DNA of 64,000 bases from Pseudolysinimonas sp. (GTDB lineage: Bacteria > Actinomycetota > Actinomycetes > Actinomycetales > Microbacteriaceae), in contig DASYDQ010000032.1 in assembly GCA_036499485.1 (NCBI GenBank), forward strand, positions 17,576 to 81,575. The letters are read 5' to 3'. The notes beneath the pieces are model-generated. The model ran no database searches, was not told the DNA's origin, and was given only the letters and a program-made list of their open reading frames with translations. The translations under genes and the position numbers were made by a program. Position 1 is the stretch's first letter. Each line of letters starts with the position of its first letter. Positions 59,833-64,000 of this stretch are shown here, piece after piece.

Positions 59833-61023
59833 ATGACCTCCGACAGCACCACCCCCGATTCCTCCGCCGCCGACTTCAGCACCACCGCGATCCACGCCGG
59901 GCAGGAGTTCGACCCCGCCACCGGAGCGGTCATCCCCCCGGTCTACTTCACGACGACGTTCGTTCAGGACGGCATCGGCGGCTTCCGCAACGGCTACGAG
60001 TACGCCCGCGGCGGCAACCCGACGCGGGATGCGCTCCAGACCCTTCTCGCCGCGCTCGAGGGCGGTGACCGCGCGTTCAGTTTCGCGAGCGGGCTGGCCG
60101 GCGAGGACACTCTGCTGCGCGCCATCCTGAAACCGGGCGATCACGTGCTCATGGGCAACGACGTCTACGGCGGATCGCACCGGCTGGTCAATCGGACGCT
60201 CGTGCCCTGGGGCGTCGAACTGTCGACGGTCGAGATGATGAACCTCGATGGAGTGAGGGCGGCGCTCCGCCCGAACACGAAGGTGGTCTGGCTCGAGACG
60301 CCGAGCAACCCGCTGATGAAGATCACCGACATCGCGGCCATCGCCGAGATCGCGCACGCGGCCGGGGCGATCGTCGTGGTGGACAACACCTTCGCCTCGC
60401 CCTATCTTCAGCGGCCGATGTCACTCGGCGCGGATGTCGTCACGCACTCGACCACCAAGTACCTCGGCGGTCACAGCGACGTGCTGGGAGGCGCGGTGGT
60501 GCTGAAGAACGAGACCACCATTGGCGGCGAGAGCCTCGCCGACAAGGTGGGATTCCTGCAGTTCGGCGTGGGTGCCGTCTCGGGTCCGATGGATGCCTGG
60601 CTCACCATTCGCGGCATCAAGACGCTGGCCGTGCGAATGGACAGGCACTCCTCGAATGCGCAGACCATCGCCGAGAAGCTGGTCGGACACCCGAAGGTCC
60701 AGACCGTCTACTACCCCGGCCTGCCCGATCACCCGGGACACGAGCTCGCCGCCCGGCAGATGAAGGCCTTCGGCGGGATGATCTCCCTCAAGCTCGCCGA
60801 CGGCCCGACAGCGCGGAAATTTGCCGAATCGACGAAGCTGTTCCAGCTCGCGGAGTCCCTCGGGGGCGTGGAATCGCTGATGTGCTATCCGGCCGAGATG
60901 ACGCACGCCTCCGTCAAGGGGACCGCACTCGAGGTCCCCGACAGCGTCGTGCGCCTGTCGGTCGGCATCGAGGGCGTCGACGACCTGCTGGCCGACGTGC
61001 TGGGGGCGCTCGAGCGGGTCTGA
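59833..61023 (+). CDS. metB: Cystathionine gamma-synthase/gamma-lyase
   Basis: YARGGNPT, ETPSNP, DNTF, HSTTKY, AESLGG, RLSVGIE. Confidence 0.9.
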   Translation: MTSDSTTPDSSAADFSTTAIHAGQEFDPATGAVIPPVYFTTTFVQDGIGGFRNGYEYARGGNPTRDALQTLLAALEGGDRAFSFASGLAGEDTLLRAILKPGDHVLMGNDVYGGSHRLVNRTLVPWGVELSTVEMMNLDGVRAALRPNTKVVWLETPSNPLMKITDIAAIAEIAHAAGAIVVVDNTFASPYLQRPMSLGADVVTHSTTKYLGGHSDVLGGAVVLKNETTIGGESLADKVGFLQFGVGAVSGPMDAWLTIRGIKTLAVRMDRHSSNAQTIAEKLVGHPKVQTVYYPGLPDHPGHELAARQMKAFGGMISLKLADGPTARKFAESTKLFQLAESLGGVESLMCYPAEMTHASVKGTALEVPDSVVRLSVGIEGVDDLLADVLGALERV

Positions 61024-61117
61024 CCGTCGGTGGTGCGTGGGACCGTGGCGTGAATGCCGTGATCTCCGGCAGGAACGGTGCAGAGCAGGCATTCCGCCCA
61101 CTGTCAGGATGGAGCCC

Positions 61118-62407
61118 GTGACCGCCGAGCCCGTGATCAGCCAGCCGTCCGCTCCACCGGCCGGACGCATCGGACTTGCCACGGCATCCGCCTTGTACGT
61201 GGCCGCCGTGCTGGGCACGGGAGTGCTCGTGCTGCCCGGGCTCGCCGCGGACGCGGCCGGTCCCGCGTCGATCCTCGCGGTGGGCGCGGTGCTGCTGCTC
61301 TCGATCCCACTGGCCGGCACGTTCGCGGCGCTCGCGGCGCGATATCCGGATGCCGGCGGCGTCGCCACCTTCGTCCGGCTCGCGCTCGGCGGCACCGCCG
61401 CGCGGGCGACGGGCTACTGGTTCTTCTTCGGGGTGGGATTCGGCGCCCCGGTCGTCGCGGCGCTCGGCGGGGAGTACCTGGTCGCGGCCCTCCGCCTCGA
61501 CAACGGGTTCGTCCCGCTCATCGGATTCGCCTTCCTCGCGGTGCCGCTCGGCCTCGCCGCGTTCGGGCTCAAGGTCAGCGGGCGCGTCCAGTTCGGTCTG
61601 TCGGCACTGCTCGTGCTCGTGGTGGTGGGCGTGGTCGCCAGCGCGGCGCCCCATCTGACGGCGTCGCACTTCACCCCGTTCCTGACGCACGGCTGGGCCG
61701 GGGTCGGGCTGGCCATCTCGCTGTTCGTCTGGGCTTTCGCGGGCTGGGAGGCGGTGACGCACTACGCGGGTGAGTTCCGCAACCCGCGCCGCACCATCCA
61801 CATCGCGACGGCGATCGCGGTCGCCGTCGTCGGGCTCGCCTACCTCGCGCTCCAGTTCGCCACAGTCGGCGTGCTGGGCGCCGGCGGCAGCTCGAGCAGC
61901 GTGCCTCTCATCGACCTCGTGACGGTCACCTTGCCCGGATTCGGCCCGATCGCGGTCGCGGTGATCGCGACCGTGGTCGTGATCGGCGTGCTCAACGCCT
62001 ACATCCCGGCCTTCGCCAACCTCGGTGCCGCTCTGGGCCGCGACGGTCAGTTGCCGCGCTGGTTCGCGCGGGGTGCCGAGGCCGGAGCGGTTCCGCGCCG
62101 TGCGCTCGGCCTCGTCGCGGTGCAGATGCTGATCTACACCGGCGTCTTCTTCGCCTTCCATCTGGATCTGGAGAGCTTCATCCTGATCCACACCAGCTCG
62201 ATGGTGGCGGTCTACGCGCTCGGGATGGTGGCGGCGGTGAAGCTGCTCAAGCCCCGCACGGCCGGCTTCGCGATGGCCGTCATCTCGGTGGTGCTGACCG
62301 CGGGACTCCTGGTTCTCGCCGGCTGGCACCTGATCGTGCCCGCCGTCCTCGGTGTCATCGCCGTCGCGATCACGGTCGTGCAGAGGCTGCGAAGACCCAG
62401 CAGCTGA
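61118..62407 (+). CDS. APC-family amino acid permease/exporter (YjeH-like)
   Basis: AVLGTGVLVLP, WAFAGWE, EFRNPRR; about 12 TM helices. Start could be ATG 61109 or GTG 61118. Confidence 0.82.
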   Translation: MTAEPVISQPSAPPAGRIGLATASALYVAAVLGTGVLVLPGLAADAAGPASILAVGAVLLLSIPLAGTFAALAARYPDAGGVATFVRLALGGTAARATGYWFFFGVGFGAPVVAALGGEYLVAALRLDNGFVPLIGFAFLAVPLGLAAFGLKVSGRVQFGLSALLVLVVVGVVASAAPHLTASHFTPFLTHGWAGVGLAISLFVWAFAGWEAVTHYAGEFRNPRRTIHIATAIAVAVVGLAYLALQFATVGVLGAGGSSSSVPLIDLVTVTLPGFGPIAVAVIATVVVIGVLNAYIPAFANLGAALGRDGQLPRWFARGAEAGAVPRRALGLVAVQMLIYTGVFFAFHLDLESFILIHTSSMVAVYALGMVAAVKLLKPRTAGFAMAVISVVLTAGLLVLAGWHLIVPAVLGVIAVAITVVQRLRRPSS

Positions 62408-62418
62408 GCCGTTCGACG

Positions 62419-62451
62419 CGGATGTGACGACTGGCGCTCTTGTCACATCCG
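62419..62451. promoter_or_regulatory. 10-bp inverted repeat before the LacI gene (operator or terminator)
   Basis: CGGATGTGAC-N13-GTCACATCCG followed by CATAAT. Confidence 0.5.
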
Positions 62452-62537
62452 TGCATAATGGTCTGCAGCCACTCCACGGAGCAACTCAGCGACGAGCCCC
62501 CGCGACGGTGTGCACCATCCACCACGTCGGGAGGGCT

Positions 62538-63563
62538 GTGACGACCGAGCCGACGACCGCCCGCGCCCCCAACATCCGCGACGTGGCGCGCGAGGCAGGC
62601 GTCTCCTACCAGACCGTCTCGCGGGTCATCAACGACTCGCCCCGCCTGCGGCCGGAGACCCGGCAGCGCGTGCTGGAGGTGATCGAGCAGCTCGGTTACC
62701 GCCCGAACCAGGCCGCGCGAGCCCTGGTCACCAGCACCTCGAAGGTGATCGGCGTGCTCGTCGCCAGCCGTGCGGCAGCCTACGGCGCCCAGACGATCCT
62801 CTACGAGATCGAGGATGCCGCCCGCGACGCCGGCTTCACCCTCGCCATCGTCACCACGGCAAGCGACGACCACTCGGTGCGCAGCGCCCTCGACCAGCTC
62901 GATGGACAGGCGGTGCGCGCGGTCGCCGTGGTGGCCCCGCAGGCCCGCGTCTTCGACCTGCTCAGTTCCACGCCGTTGCGCGTGCCCTACGTGCTGCTCG
63001 ATCCCGACCGGCGCGATGTTCCGCACAGCATCTCGGTCGACCAGTTCGAGGGGGCGCGGATCGCCACCCGGCACCTCATCGAGCTGGGGCATCGCCGCAT
63101 CATCCACCTGGCAGGTCCGCAGGATTGGATCGAGGCGGAAGCCAGGATGCAGGGCTATCTGCGCGAGGTCGCCGACGCCGAACTCATGGTGCGCCCGCCC
63201 GTGCTGGGCGACTGGACGGCGGACTTCGGCTACCGGGCCGGGCGCGAGCTGCTGGCGGGCGAGGATTTCACGGCCGTGTTCTGCTCGAACGACCAGATGG
63301 CGCTCGGGCTGCTGCACTCGTTCCGGGAGGCGGGGATCCGCGTGCCCGAGGATGTCAGCGTCGTCGGCTTCGACGACATCCCGGATGCGGCGCACTACTG
63401 GCCGCCGCTGACCACGATCCGGCAGGACTTCGCCGAGATCGGGCGCCGCTCGGTGGACCTGCTCCTGGCCGAGCTCGGCGCCGGCGGGCAGCGCCATGCC
63501 GATCCGATCCGGCCGGAGCTGGTGCTGCGCTCCTCCACCGCCGTGCCGGGGGGTCGGCGATGA
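62538..63563 (+). CDS. LacI family transcriptional regulator
   Basis: [48 protein letters not shown]; GGAGG RBS before GTG. Confidence 0.93.
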   Translation: MTTEPTTARAPNIRDVAREAGVSYQTVSRVINDSPRLRPETRQRVLEVIEQLGYRPNQAARALVTSTSKVIGVLVASRAAAYGAQTILYEIEDAARDAGFTLAIVTTASDDHSVRSALDQLDGQAVRAVAVVAPQARVFDLLSSTPLRVPYVLLDPDRRDVPHSISVDQFEGARIATRHLIELGHRRIIHLAGPQDWIEAEARMQGYLREVADAELMVRPPVLGDWTADFGYRAGRELLAGEDFTAVFCSNDQMALGLLHSFREAGIRVPEDVSVVGFDDIPDAAHYWPPLTTIRQDFAEIGRRSVDLLLAELGAGGQRHADPIRPELVLRSSTAVPGGRR

Positions 63564-64000
63564 CCGCTCTGCAGACCGCTCCGATGGGCGTGGCGACCGA
63601 GACGCCGATCCTCGAGATGCGCGGAATCACCAAGGAGTTCCCGGGGGTCAAGGCGCTCTCCGACGTCTCCCTCACCGTGGGTCGTGGGCAGATCCACGCC
63701 GTCGCGGGCGAGAACGGCGCGGGCAAGACGACGCTCATGAGGGTGCTGTCCGGCGTGCACCCCTACGGTTCGTACCGCGGCGACATCGTCTACGAGGGCC
63801 AGCTGCAGCGCTTCCGCAACGTCGGATCGAGCGAGGCCGTCGGCATCGTGACGATCCACCAGGAGTTCGCGCTGATCCCGGAGCTCTCGATCGCCGAGAA
63901 CATCTTCCTCGGCAGCGAGCTCACCCGCGGCGGGGTGATCGACTGGGGCGAAGAGAGCCGGCGCGCCACGGAGCTGCTCGCGCTTGTCGGGCTGCGGGAG
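63560..64000 (+). CDS. Sugar ABC ATP-binding protein (GguA/MmsA-like), 3'-truncated by window edge
   Basis: [35 protein letters not shown]; ATGA overlap with the LacI gene. Confidence 0.88.
   Translation, partial: MTALQTAPMGVATETPILEMRGITKEFPGVKALSDVSLTVGRGQIHAVAGENGAGKTTLMRVLSGVHPYGSYRGDIVYEGQLQRFRNVGSSEAVGIVTIHQEFALIPELSIAENIFLGSELTRGGVIDWGEESRRATELLALVGLRE

Overview
High-GC actinobacterial chromosome segment; gene content and order suggest Microbacteriaceae (inference). The backbone is housekeeping: a Liv-type ABC importer, guaB/guaB3/guaA, a KhtT/KhtU-type antiporter, pcrA, sucCD, purN-(ZTP riboswitch)-purH, three ABC exporter subunits, cbs-metB and two sugar ABC systems. Four accessory features stand out. 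(1) A compact type VII secretion/polymorphic toxin locus at 21.4-30.0 kb. It has three tandem WXG100 genes (two resembling M. tuberculosis EsxF/EsxE), a CpnT-like carrier with an unrecognised, non-TNT C-terminal domain, and two candidate immunity genes (Zn-ribbon, SseB-like). It also has one EssC/EccC-like ATPase with fused ubiquitin-like and degenerate FHA domains, plus a divergent stand-alone FHA gene, but no other T7SS core genes in the window. (2) An orphan AbiEi/DUF559-like nuclease gene bracketed by 58-bp palindromic direct repeats and next to a REP-like element that recurs in the window. (3) A Cache-HAMP pseudo-cyclase paired with an MscS channel whose cNMP-binding pocket is also degenerate. 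(4) A strongly iterated GGATGCCG octamer and many leaderless promoters. No tRNA, rRNA, CRISPR array, transposase or integrase was seen. All family assignments come from motif recognition by eye, not database searches.
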